Shown here: one piece after another, positions 19,061-28,798 of the stretch
How positions within the stretch are numbered: the stretch's first letter is position 1
Layout of the letters: every line of letters starts with the position of its first letter
Source: a virus
Taxonomy: Duplodnaviria; Caudoviricetes
IMG/VR virus record: IMGVR_UViG_3300033072_000529
DNA length: 64,000 bases
Reading direction: 5' to 3' (one strand)
Notes under the pieces: model-generated
Database searches by the model: none
Told to the model about the DNA's origin: nothing
What the model saw: only the letters and a program-made list of their open reading frames with translations
Made by a program: the position numbers and the translations under genes

Positions 19061-20818
19061 ATGAAGCAAATTGTTTTCTCTAAGCTCAGAGTTCGAAACT
19101 TTTTAACGTTTGGCGATAACCCGGTTGAATTGACTATTCAACCGGGTTTAAATCTTATCACGGGAGACAATCTAGATGCACCTGATTCTAAAAACGGTGT
19201 GGGTAAAAGTACACTGGTATTAGAATCTATATCATTTTTACTATTTGGGGAGACATTTAGAGATATAAAAAACAGTCTAATACCTCATAATGGTACTAAA
19301 CAAGTTACCTCTGTTGAAGGATGGTTCAAGGTTAATGATGATGAATATGAGATAACTCGTACATTGAATCCATCTAAATTATTTCTTAAAAAGAATGGAA
19401 TAGATATTACGCGCACTATACCAGAAACCAATAAAGATATCGTTCAAATATTGGGTATATCGAAGGATATATTACGGAATACTATAGTCATGACTAATAA
19501 TGACAATATTCCGTTTTTTAAACAGAATACTACTAGTCGCAGCAAATTTATCGAGGGGATATTATCCCTGGATGTTTTTTCCCGAATGTTCGAGGATATT
19601 AAAAGTATACTAAATGAGAAAAATAAGGAACATGCTAGACTAGAGACAAAGCTACAAGAAATGCGTCGAAATATTGATGCAGATAGAAAATATGCAGAGA
19701 CGCATAGGGCGAAACATGATGACAATTTATCCAAATTGCGGACCAAATTAGAAGAATATAAAAATATCGCTTATCCTGATAAAAAAGCAGAGATAGATAG
19801 CAATAATTCACAAATTCAAGAGTTACAGGGTAAGATAGAACGTGCATATACTCAGGAACAGAAAGCAAAAGCTAAATTGACGACTTTAAATGCGTCTTTG
19901 CAACAAATGAATGCGGAGATTCATAAATTGAAGACCAACACAGGAGAATGTCCTACATGTAAGCGTGCATATGCATCCTGTGATGATCGATCTGCCAGTG
20001 AAGATAGATTGAAGGTCTTGACGGTCGAGGTAGATAAGGTATCACAGGATATCAAGAGTATTAGAAGTGTCATAAAGCAAATATCCGATAGAATGGATAT
20101 CTGGCAAACTGCTAAAGATAAATTAGAACAAGCTAATCGCGGATACGGTCAATATAGGGAGCAATACCTACAACAACAGGCACATATCGCACACCTGGAA
20201 CAATCTATATTAGATGGAGCTAATTATACATGTCCTTTTGCGGAAAAAATAATCGATACTGCTAGTAAAATAACCAAATTAGAGCAAGATATATTAATAT
20301 CTTATAATTATATAAAGATATTAGAAGCAGCTAAACACGTGGCATCCCCAACAGGGGTTAAAACATTGGTAACTAATAAGATTATCGATCTTTTCAATGA
20401 TAGATTGAACTATTATCTACAGCTTCTAGATGCACCCTGTAGAATAGTCCTAGATGATATGTTCCAGGAAACATTCATTCACAATAATGGACAGCATCGC
20501 GTATATGGTAATTATAGTGGGGGAGAAGCAAAACGTATAGATTTCGCATTACTGTTTACTTTTAGAGATATTAGACGGTTACAATCTAATATATCTGTAA
20601 ACGTGTCTGTGATGGATGAAATATTTGATGGTAGTCTGGATGCTATAGGAATTCAGAAAATCGTAGAGATTCTGAAAAATGCATCAGAATCGACTGGAGA
20701 CGCATATTATGTCATAAGCCACCGGCAAGATGCCATTGATCAACAAGCATGTAATGTTATTAGATTACAAAAACTGAATGGATCAACCACTATTGTAGAT
20801 AATAGTAGTTTCATGTAG
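19061..20818 (+). CDS. gp46: Rad50/SbcC-like ATPase subunit of recombination nuclease
   Basis: Walker A NGVGKS, coiled coil with CPTC zinc hook, signature YSGGE, Walker B MDEIFD, ISH. Confidence 0.95.
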   Translation: MKQIVFSKLRVRNFLTFGDNPVELTIQPGLNLITGDNLDAPDSKNGVGKSTLVLESISFLLFGETFRDIKNSLIPHNGTKQVTSVEGWFKVNDDEYEITRTLNPSKLFLKKNGIDITRTIPETNKDIVQILGISKDILRNTIVMTNNDNIPFFKQNTTSRSKFIEGILSLDVFSRMFEDIKSILNEKNKEHARLETKLQEMRRNIDADRKYAETHRAKHDDNLSKLRTKLEEYKNIAYPDKKAEIDSNNSQIQELQGKIERAYTQEQKAKAKLTTLNASLQQMNAEIHKLKTNTGECPTCKRAYASCDDRSASEDRLKVLTVEVDKVSQDIKSIRSVIKQISDRMDIWQTAKDKLEQANRGYGQYREQYLQQQAHIAHLEQSILDGANYTCPFAEKIIDTASKITKLEQDILISYNYIKILEAAKHVASPTGVKTLVTNKIIDLFNDRLNYYLQLLDAPCRIVLDDMFQETFIHNNGQHRVYGNYSGGEAKRIDFALLFTFRDIRRLQSNISVNVSVMDEIFDGSLDAIGIQKIVEILKNASESTGDAYYVISHRQDAIDQQACNVIRLQKLNGSTTIVDNSSFM

Positions 20819-20846
20819 AAGATGGCATTTGTAAATATGAATACAA

Positions 20847-22187
20847 ATGCCATCTTTTGTAGATAATACCAGTAGTACTCCAATACCTACAGTTCAGCCC
20901 CTTCAACCTCATAAGGACATGTATATACATAATCCTTTGATTTTTCGATTTGGTAAACCTTTTAGAAATAATTATCATGGGGAAATGCGACCGGTTCAAC
21001 CTCAAATCAAGTTACCTATTCCAGGGGAAGGGCAACCTAGAATTCTACATTATCTAGCAGATCAAGGTGGTTGTGCATTCTGGAGACTTATATGGCCAGG
21101 AGATGAACTGCTTATGCATGATAAAGGTGTAGTCATGTCTATGCATCAAATGATACTGGATGCGCAATTCTATGAGCATATTGATGCTATTCGGATTCAA
21201 CGGCAATGCACCCCTCAACAACTACAATTTATAAAGTTCCTACGCGATGTATCAGAACAATATAAAAAACAGGGTAAGAAAGGATTTAGAATTATATATG
21301 AAGCGGATGACTTAGTTGGTCCGCTAGAATGTCTACCAGAGTATAATGCGTGTAGAGAGGCATTTGCTGACCCTAATCTCATAAACACTGTTAAGGAAAT
21401 AGTCAGTTATTGTGATGAATTCACAGTTCCGAGTGAAGTGATGAAGCAGCACTATAGAAAGTATCTTGATTATGACCGTATTACTATGATACCTAATTAT
21501 GTCCCTAGATCATGGTTGGATAAGGGTGTAACGGAATATGAAAAGATTAAACAATATCGATTGAATAAAAAGAAACCCCGTATATTATATGCTGGTAGCT
21601 CAACACATTTCGATTTATTGAATAAGACAAACCAGAAAGACGATTTCGGGCATGTGGTAGATTACATTATTGATGATATCATGAATAAGAAGAAATATCA
21701 GTGGGTATTCATAGGGGGCGTTCCTCTAAGACTTCACAAATTCATACTTGACAAGACTATTGAATATTATCCATGGTCTAATTTGTCAGAGTATCCGCGA
21801 ACCTTGAAAGATGCAGGGGCTCAATTAATGATTGCGCCTTTAGCTGATAATGTGTTTTCTAGAGCAAAAGCCAATATAAAACTAACAGAAGGCGGAGCAA
21901 TGGGTATACCCGTGATAGCACAAAATCTAGATTGCTATAAGGGGTGGAAGTACTCGTTTAATACGGGTGCACAGATGATGCAAATCATTGCTGATACCTT
22001 AAGTAGTGAAGTTCAATATACTAAAGCTGTGAGATATGCTAAGGAGTATACAGATCAATATTGGCTAGATGAACACTTAGACGAATGGGTTAAAATATAC
22101 ACGACACCATACGGATCAAAGGAACGTCAAGATAATGAATTTCTGGTAGCAAATAATCCTGAACAGTTCTTGACAATTGAAGGATAG
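20847..22187 (+). CDS. GT-B glycosyltransferase adjacent to DNA polymerase
   Basis: GGCAFWR, YEADD, IPNY, YAGS.TH, APL..N.FSRAK.NIKL.E..A.GIP. Confidence 0.75.
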   Translation: MPSFVDNTSSTPIPTVQPLQPHKDMYIHNPLIFRFGKPFRNNYHGEMRPVQPQIKLPIPGEGQPRILHYLADQGGCAFWRLIWPGDELLMHDKGVVMSMHQMILDAQFYEHIDAIRIQRQCTPQQLQFIKFLRDVSEQYKKQGKKGFRIIYEADDLVGPLECLPEYNACREAFADPNLINTVKEIVSYCDEFTVPSEVMKQHYRKYLDYDRITMIPNYVPRSWLDKGVTEYEKIKQYRLNKKKPRILYAGSSTHFDLLNKTNQKDDFGHVVDYIIDDIMNKKKYQWVFIGGVPLRLHKFILDKTIEYYPWSNLSEYPRTLKDAGAQLMIAPLADNVFSRAKANIKLTEGGAMGIPVIAQNLDCYKGWKYSFNTGAQMMQIIADTLSSEVQYTKAVRYAKEYTDQYWLDEHLDEWVKIYTTPYGSKERQDNEFLVANNPEQFLTIEG

Positions 22188-22197
22188 CGTGTATCAT
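22170..22197 (+). promoter_or_regulatory. sigma70-type promoter of the polymerase locus
   Basis: TTGACA-N16-TATCAT-N7-ATG(22205). Confidence 0.65.
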
Positions 22198-22204
22198 ATA
22201 TGAT

Positions 22205-24343
22205 ATGAGTTATCGAAATGTTGTATATGACCGCAAGAAATCTGTAATACACCACTACCTTTGGGATGACCAAGGGAACCCCACGGAGAAGCAGGTATAT
22301 TTTGAGCCATATATATACCTGCCTTCTGCGGATAAAACAAAATTTCATGCAACTGGAATCGATGGAATGCCATTGATCAAAAAGTCATTCAAAAATGAAT
22401 GGGAACGACAAAAATATGTAAAAGATTATAAAGGGAAGATATACTTTGATTTACCCGCTACCCAGCAATATCTTCTAGAGAATTATTATTCCTGGGATAT
22501 TCAGGAATTGACCAGACATCCTCTACGTATATATTACTTCGACATCGAAGTAATTGCAGATGAATTTCCTGATGCCAAGCAGGCGAAATACCCTATTAAC
22601 TGTGTTACTATATATGATACCATCCGAAAGAAATATTTCGTATGGGGTGTAAAGCCATATGATCACTGGTCAGCAGCAGACCATCTGAAAGACATCGGTC
22701 CCGAAGATATTGTATACGAATATTGCATATCTGAGACGGCATTGTTGAAGAAATTTCTTCGATTTTGGCGAGCGGATTTTCCTGATTTGATAGTAGGCTG
22801 GAACAGTTCAACTTTCGATATACCATATATTGTCAATAGATTCAACACTGTATTTGGTGATGACAAAGCCAATCAATTATCACCCGTTGACAATGTGTAT
22901 GGTAAAGAGGTAGTGCACCAAAGGTTTAAAACCGTATATACTGAATATACTATAGATGGAGTATCCCATCTAGACTATATGTTTCTATACAAGTATTTCA
23001 CTCCTGGGGAACGCGAAAGCGATGCCCTTGATTTCGTGTGTTATTCTGAAATCAAGATGGGTAAGTTGGATTACGGCAGCATGTCACTCCATGATCTATA
23101 CCATAAAGATTGGAATAGATTCATTAATTATAACATTTGGGACGTTCATCTGATGGTTATGCTGGATGCGCAGAAAAAATATATTGATATTGCCCGATTT
23201 TCTGCATGCTATGGATTTTGTAATATAAACAAGGCTATGGGTAAAACCGCCATCATTACCGGCGTATTAGCCAAAGAATCCATGCAGAAGGGAAAAATAA
23301 TCCCTACTCAAACAAATGGATTGAAGGAGAATATTCCTGGTGGTCACGTGAAACAGCCAAAAGAGGGGATGTATGAATACGTGGTATCGTTTGATGCCGA
23401 CTCTCTATACCCATCAACTATCATAACTCTGAATATCTCACCGGAAACCAAAATTGCTAAGGTGATGAAAACGGAGAATGATATATGCACCATATTTTCA
23501 TTTAAAACTAAGACGTTCTTCCAACACCCTAAAAGTGGAATCAAGCAGTTAGCTAGGGATAATGGCTGGGCATTGTCTGCATCCGGTGTATTTTTCACGC
23601 AACATGAAAAGAGTGTGGCTGCGGACTTCGTAGACACTCTGTATGCAAAACGCAAAAAAGTGAAAGCCGAAGGTATACGAAAATTACAATCATTGGATAA
23701 CATGGTGAAAGATTCCGTGGAATATAATGCCACAAAACAGTTGGCATCCCAGTTGGACACTGAACAATACTTGTATAAGATTCTATTGAACTCTACCTAT
23801 GGGGCATTCGCTAATTCTCACTTTGCACTATATGATATTGATTGCGCAAAAGCGATCACTACCACGGGACAATCAATGATCAAGCAGACCGAGAAAATAG
23901 TGAATGATTATGTCTCCAAAGAATGGAATTTATCTAATGTGGACTGTGTTGCAGCAATGGACACGGATAGCGTCGCGGGCGAGTCTACTATCAGAACCAA
24001 TATTGGTACTATGCCCATAGAACAGTTATTCGATGTATATGATCCGTCTAAAGTCTTCTTATTTAAGGAACATGAAGCTATCGATGTATCCGACAGTTTA
24101 TTAGTAGCAGCATACGATCAAAAAGCTAATGCGGTAAAAATGGATAAAGCTAAGTATTTGATCCGTCATAAAGTCACTAAAAAGCGATATAAAATTAAAT
24201 GTAAAGGTAAGGAGATAATAGTTACAGAAGACCATTCTTGTATGGTTATTCGGGATGGTGCGTTATTAACAGTTAAGCCGCATGAAATGTTATTGACTGA
24301 CCAACTGGTGACGATACAGGCAGGTGTCCATTCCGATAAATAG
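22205..24343 (+). CDS. gp43: family B DNA polymerase N-terminal part fused to N-half of a split intein
   Basis: Exo motifs FDIE, GWNS.TFD, YNIWD; pol motifs FDADSLYPS, KILLNSTYG; motif C breaks after MDTD into intein sequence. Confidence 0.95.
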   Translation: MSYRNVVYDRKKSVIHHYLWDDQGNPTEKQVYFEPYIYLPSADKTKFHATGIDGMPLIKKSFKNEWERQKYVKDYKGKIYFDLPATQQYLLENYYSWDIQELTRHPLRIYYFDIEVIADEFPDAKQAKYPINCVTIYDTIRKKYFVWGVKPYDHWSAADHLKDIGPEDIVYEYCISETALLKKFLRFWRADFPDLIVGWNSSTFDIPYIVNRFNTVFGDDKANQLSPVDNVYGKEVVHQRFKTVYTEYTIDGVSHLDYMFLYKYFTPGERESDALDFVCYSEIKMGKLDYGSMSLHDLYHKDWNRFINYNIWDVHLMVMLDAQKKYIDIARFSACYGFCNINKAMGKTAIITGVLAKESMQKGKIIPTQTNGLKENIPGGHVKQPKEGMYEYVVSFDADSLYPSTIITLNISPETKIAKVMKTENDICTIFSFKTKTFFQHPKSGIKQLARDNGWALSASGVFFTQHEKSVAADFVDTLYAKRKKVKAEGIRKLQSLDNMVKDSVEYNATKQLASQLDTEQYLYKILLNSTYGAFANSHFALYDIDCAKAITTTGQSMIKQTEKIVNDYVSKEWNLSNVDCVAAMDTDSVAGESTIRTNIGTMPIEQLFDVYDPSKVFLFKEHEAIDVSDSLLVAAYDQKANAVKMDKAKYLIRHKVTKKRYKIKCKGKEIIVTEDHSCMVIRDGALLTVKPHEMLLTDQLVTIQAGVHSDK
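23969..24343 (+). mobile_element. split intein N-fragment (124 aa, Ser1)
   Basis: Starts SVAGESTI (block A) right after DTD; block B VTEDHS; ends at TAG. Confidence 0.9.
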
Positions 24344-24347
24344 ATTT

Positions 24348-25391
24348 ATGCGTAATAAATACCATCAAAAGACCCATAAAAAATATTGCGATATAGCTGG
24401 ACTCGAATTTGCTAATAGTATATGTGAATATGCCAAAGGTCTAAAAAAACGAGCGTCTGATATGTATGCAATAGTAGATGATATCCTCAAATATGGCGGT
24501 AGTTTGGATTGGAATGGAGTGTTGCGATTATATATGGAGTATACCAGTATTCGCGCTAAAGTATCTGAACGTAAAATGTTGATTCGATATGGTCAAGTCG
24601 AGGGTGCCATTAGATGGCTACAATATAGAACTAAACAGGCGTACTCCAATTCATTGGAATATAAACAGAGCATACACGGATGGACTGAACAAGACTATAT
24701 ATCTTATAATAAGTCTAGAGCGGTGACTAAGGTTAATTTAGTGAATCGTCATGGTGAATTAGAGGGAACTCGTAAATGGAACGAGTATATTGACAGACAG
24801 GCTTTTGCGGGTTGTAAAAAAGAATACTTTATACAGAAATACGGTACAGATAAAGGGGATCAAATATATAGGGAACTGAGTATCAAAAAGACTATAAAAA
24901 TAGACAATTACATTGCTAAGTATGGTGTAGCCGAGGGAACACGTCGTTATATTCATAGATGGAGTGGATCAGCTATGTCTGAATACGTCCATTCTAATAT
25001 ATCTCAAAAAATGTTTTGGCAATTATTAGAACGTATCCCTGAATCTAAACGATATACGGTGTTTTTTGCAGAGAAGAATTATGAATACTTATTTAATCAT
25101 AAGGATATGCATGGAGTTGTATTTGTGGATTTTTATTGTGCCACCACTAATAAGGTCATAGAGTTTTATGGTGATTATTATCACGGTAATCCACGGAAAT
25201 ATGCCGATGATTATTACAATACTCAAATTGGTAAACATGTGGCAGCTATACACGATTCTGATAATAAACGAATAGATACACTTGATGCGCTGTTTGGGGT
25301 TGAAACTTTAGTGGTGTGGGAGTATGATTGGAGAAAACGCCCCGAGGAGATGATTGATAAATGTTTGAAATTTTTGAATTATGATAATTGA
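24348..25391 (+). mobile_element. free-standing Vsr-like (EDxHD-type) homing endonuclease between the intein halves
   Basis: Four (Y/H)G...G...(W/Y) repeats, then VDFY....KVIEFYGDYYHGNP ... D..R ... VVWEYDW; ATG 24348 preferred over GTG 24324. Confidence 0.85.
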
Positions 25392-26337
25392 AATACTACC
25401 TATTGAAAGTATAGAACAACTAGATGATTTCCAAGATGAATATGTATATGATATTCAGATGGAAGATGAGACAGATCACACGTTTTTCGCTAATGATATA
25501 TTAGTACATAATTCGTGCTATATTACTCTTAAACCTATATTTGAGAGTAATAAATGGAATTTAGTTGATAGTAAAGGGGATTTGACTCCCGAATATTTGG
25601 AATTAGAAAACAAGATAGGAAACCATATCAATGTTGAAATTGATAAATGGGCTAGGACTCAGTTGAATTCTAAAGACCCAAGGTTTCACTTCAAACGCGA
25701 ATCAGTCTGTCCTAAAGCTATATGGGCAGGCAAGAAACACTATATATTGTATATTGTCAATAAAGAAGGCAAGAAGATGAATGACCTGAAATATTCAGGA
25801 TTGATGATTACTAAGAGCACGTATTCCAAAGCTGTGACGGATATATCTCGTAGAGTAGTAGAAATCATAATGGGGGTGTTCTCTAAATCGGAAGCGAATG
25901 AGAAGATATTCCAGGCATATGATAATTTCGAGTCTTTAACTTTAGTAGATATAGCTGAAAGAGCATCTATTAAAATACTCAACAAATATGAGGGGTTAAA
26001 TAGAGGTCTGGAAGTGGCTAAGGGTACAACTCGCCCTGCGAAGTTTGTTATATATCATAATGAACTGTTGAAGATGCTGCATTTAGAAAATAAATATAAA
26101 AAAATAACAAATGGCAGCAAAATTAAAATGGTTAATGTCTTGGATAACAGATGGAATATACCGGGTATTGCCTTCCAAGACGAACTCCCCGAAGAGTTTG
26201 GCTTACAAGCCGATTATGAGTCTGCCTTCTTCAAAGGCGTTATCAAAGCCCTTACACCCATCTACGATGCATTGGGCTGGGAAATTCCTAACCCTCGTAT
26301 CCGATATACAGTGGATTTACGAGAGTTATATAAATAA
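25381..26337 (+). CDS. gp43: split intein C-fragment (44 aa) fused to C-terminal part of DNA polymerase
   Basis: VYDIQM...FFANDILVHN|SCY; then FKRE, KKHY and thumb-domain sequence. Confidence 0.95.
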   Translation: MIIEILPIESIEQLDDFQDEYVYDIQMEDETDHTFFANDILVHNSCYITLKPIFESNKWNLVDSKGDLTPEYLELENKIGNHINVEIDKWARTQLNSKDPRFHFKRESVCPKAIWAGKKHYILYIVNKEGKKMNDLKYSGLMITKSTYSKAVTDISRRVVEIIMGVFSKSEANEKIFQAYDNFESLTLVDIAERASIKILNKYEGLNRGLEVAKGTTRPAKFVIYHNELLKMLHLENKYKKITNGSKIKMVNVLDNRWNIPGIAFQDELPEEFGLQADYESAFFKGVIKALTPIYDALGWEIPNPRIRYTVDLRELYK

Positions 26338-26347
26338 AGCCAAACGG

Positions 26348-26560
26348 ATGTATACCATCATATGCGAAGATCGAGATATAATCGATATACAAAATGATTA
26401 CCATAATGGATTATGGATTTCTAAAGATGAAGTTATTCGACTTATGGAGTATGAAAAACAGCTATTATTGGCTGAAATGCTGAAATATAGAGAAGAAACA
26501 AGCCTTTTGTTATCTGATTTCAAACTTGCTACTATGCGAAATTACCAACATGTAAGATAA
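26348..26560 (+). CDS. small hypothetical protein (start moved to ATG 26348)
   Basis: TATAAATA at 26329-26336 upstream; the longer ORF call overlaps gp43. Confidence 0.5.
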   Translation: MYTIICEDRDIIDIQNDYHNGLWISKDEVIRLMEYEKQLLLAEMLKYREETSLLLSDFKLATMRNYQHVR

Positions 26561-26609
26561 TGCATTTTTTTAGTTGCATAACGAGATATGTATGGATTAA
26601 TATATACAA

Positions 26610-26990
26610 ATGGAACCAACAACTGTAGTATTTTTTGATAGATTAAACCGATTGATAATAGCGCAAAAAGTTAAGTCAGAGGGCAACTTGTTTTATGTCC
26701 AACATGCGATGATGTTTTGTATTAGAGATGGTGGATTAGCATTGATTCCTCTGGATACTATTAATGAAAAACCCGATGTACGTATTCAACATACGGGAAT
26801 TATGAAAGATAATTCTGTGCTCATCGAATTCCCGTTCAAGGAAGATGAAGTAGCATATGTGGAATGCTCAGATAGAACTCGCGAACAATATATCAATGTG
26901 ATTACCCCTCCAGCCGCCAGACCACCAGTAGTTGCTCAACCTACAAATACTCCAAATGGGACCAATATTGTCAACTTATTTGAAAAATAA
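26610..26990 (+). CDS. hypothetical protein
   Basis: 126 aa ORF preceded by TTGCAT-N18-TAATAT-N6. Confidence 0.6.
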   Translation: MEPTTVVFFDRLNRLIIAQKVKSEGNLFYVQHAMMFCIRDGGLALIPLDTINEKPDVRIQHTGIMKDNSVLIEFPFKEDEVAYVECSDRTREQYINVITPPAARPPVVAQPTNTPNGTNIVNLFEK

Positions 26991-27031
26991 CCCTTGTAGT
27001 ATACAAACACGATAATAAATAATTATTTCTT

Positions 27032-27319
27032 ATGGAAAACACACCACAAAATACCGATGAAACCGTTAAACCAGTGCTAACTGCGCTAGAATTTGCACTA
27101 TCCACCAAGGATGAGTTGCAGGCTAAGCTAGAAGCTAACATTGCTAAGTTCCGCGCAAAGGGTACAGCATCCGCTGTGGCTCGCGCTCGTAAGGCAGCAT
27201 CCGCGTTGGCTAAGCATCTCAAGGTAGTTCGTAAAGAACTACAGTTGGATAAGGTCCGCGTTGTAGCTGAAAAGCGTGCAGCAAAAGCCGCCGCCAAAGC
27301 AGCAGTTGTATCTGAGTAA
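27032..27319 (+). CDS. histone H1-like Hc1-family basic protein
   Basis: KFRAKGTASAVARARKAASALAKHLKVVRKE resembles the Hc1 core KGNKAA..RARK; Ala/Lys-rich tail. Confidence 0.7.
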   Translation: MENTPQNTDETVKPVLTALEFALSTKDELQAKLEANIAKFRAKGTASAVARARKAASALAKHLKVVRKELQLDKVRVVAEKRAAKAAAKAAVVSE

Positions 27320-27342
27320 TAACACTTATCATAATATATGAT

Positions 27343-27376
27343 AAAGGCGAGGATGTATACATCCTCGCCTTTTTTA
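27343..27376 (+). terminator. intrinsic terminator
   Basis: AAAGGCGAGGATGTATACATCCTCGCCTTT palindrome followed by a T run. Confidence 0.85.
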
Positions 27377-27415
27377 TGTCTTGCATTGACACGATACATA
27401 TAGTATAGTATAGGG

Positions 27416-28426
27416 ATGTCTAAACTTTTAACCAAAATACGTCAACACACCATAGTAAATGCAGAAATTTTAAAGAATTCAAAATATTTCGATACCGGTG
27501 ATAGAATTCCGACAAGAGTGCCCTTATTGAATTTGGCACTGAGTGGTTCCATACGAAATGGTGGCTTACCTAAAGGTATAATACAAATAGCTGCTCCACC
27601 TAAGCACTTCAAAACCAACTTCATGTTGGAGATGATGAAAGGATTCCAAGATAAACATAAAGGGGAAGACTATTTCATAGTGCTATATGATAGCGAATTA
27701 GGATCAACTCTCGATTATTATGTCAAGATGGGCATTGACACTGAAAGAGTAGACCATCGACCGATTAAATCGGTAGAAGAACTAAAATCCGATATTACTA
27801 ATCTACTCAATGATATTGATGAAGGTGATAAAATTCTAATCTGTATAGATTCTATAGGAATGCTTCGCTCTGATAAAGAGGCAAAAGATGCTCTAGATGG
27901 TAATATTAAAGTGGACATGACCCGAGCAAAAGAAATTAAATCATTGTTCAGAATCATAACTGCCGAAGCAGCAATCAAACAAATCCCTATAATTGTAGTG
28001 AATCACTCATATACCACTATGGATTTATTCCCTAAAGAAGTTGCAGCAGGTGGTCGAGGCGCACAATATGCAGCCCACACCCTATTCTTTATAACTAAAG
28101 CGCAGGAAAAGGAGAAAGAGGATGGCAAAGATGTATTACAAGGATTCCGATTCACATTACGTGCAGGACTATCCCGATATGTTAAGGAAAATGCTACTTT
28201 CCCTATAACCGTTATATTTGGCGAGGGTATTGATCCGTATTCTGGTATTTTCGACCTAGCTTTGGAATTAGGATATATTACATCTGCTAAACAAGGGTGG
28301 TATATACTGAAAGGTAGCGATACACAACAACGTAGAGCAGCTATGGAAAATGATGAAGTACTCATGCAGAAGCTATTAGCAGATGATGGATTCGTTTCCG
28401 CTATTGAAAAGAAATATGCATTATAA
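27416..28426 (+). CDS. uvsX: RecA-like recombinase
   Basis: LNLALSGS, Walker A variant AAPPKHFKT, YDSE, IDSIG, DMTRAK, GG.G..YAA; promoter TTGCAT-N17-TATAGT-N6-ATG. Confidence 0.93.
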   Translation: MSKLLTKIRQHTIVNAEILKNSKYFDTGDRIPTRVPLLNLALSGSIRNGGLPKGIIQIAAPPKHFKTNFMLEMMKGFQDKHKGEDYFIVLYDSELGSTLDYYVKMGIDTERVDHRPIKSVEELKSDITNLLNDIDEGDKILICIDSIGMLRSDKEAKDALDGNIKVDMTRAKEIKSLFRIITAEAAIKQIPIIVVNHSYTTMDLFPKEVAAGGRGAQYAAHTLFFITKAQEKEKEDGKDVLQGFRFTLRAGLSRYVKENATFPITVIFGEGIDPYSGIFDLALELGYITSAKQGWYILKGSDTQQRRAAMENDEVLMQKLLADDGFVSAIEKKYAL

Positions 28427-28439
28427 TAAGTAGAATATT

Positions 28440-28742
28440 ATGATAGAAGCAATTATCAAATATAATGGCGTTTTAGTTGACAAACCACGTTTTGCTACGA
28501 TAGTATTCAACGAAAATGATATCGCATTCGAGAGAATGAATGAGACAACAAAGAAGACTGAGAAAATAACAGTTGGGCAGCTATACAATCGCTGGAAGCG
28601 CCCTGGTACATATGTTCAAGATGGTCCTGATCCAGATGATCATATCTCCCCCAATTGGTTTCTGAATTGGTTTTCAGTGAAGTATATACAAGGCAAACCA
28701 ATCCAACACCAAGTTATAGATATGCAGTTTAAAGTGACCTAA
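28440..28742 (+). CDS. hypothetical protein
   Basis: 100 aa ORF after ATAAGTA (28426-28432). Confidence 0.55.
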   Translation: MIEAIIKYNGVLVDKPRFATIVFNENDIAFERMNETTKKTEKITVGQLYNRWKRPGTYVQDGPDPDDHISPNWFLNWFSVKYIQGKPIQHQVIDMQFKVT

Positions 28743-28746
28743 AAAA

Positions 28747-28779
28747 AAGCTGCCCGTATAGAGTTTATACGGGCAGCTT
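28747..28779. terminator. hairpin, probably a bidirectional terminator
   Basis: AAGCTGCCCGTATA-gagtt-TATACGGGCAGCTT preceded by an A run. Confidence 0.75.
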
Positions 28780-28798
28780 ATTGGTCTATACGAATTTT

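Noticed and set aside
24300-25400. Polymerase break as a sequencing frameshift or group I intron
   Set aside because: Complete intein N and C motifs sit on separate ORFs with their own stop and start, and there is no non-coding room for an intron core
26111-26347. N-terminal extension of ORF 26111..26560
   Set aside because: Overlaps the gp43 C-terminus out of frame; a late promoter points to ATG 26348
26971-27435. 154-aa - strand ORF
   Set aside because: Antisense shadow of the Hc1-like gene; crosses its terminator
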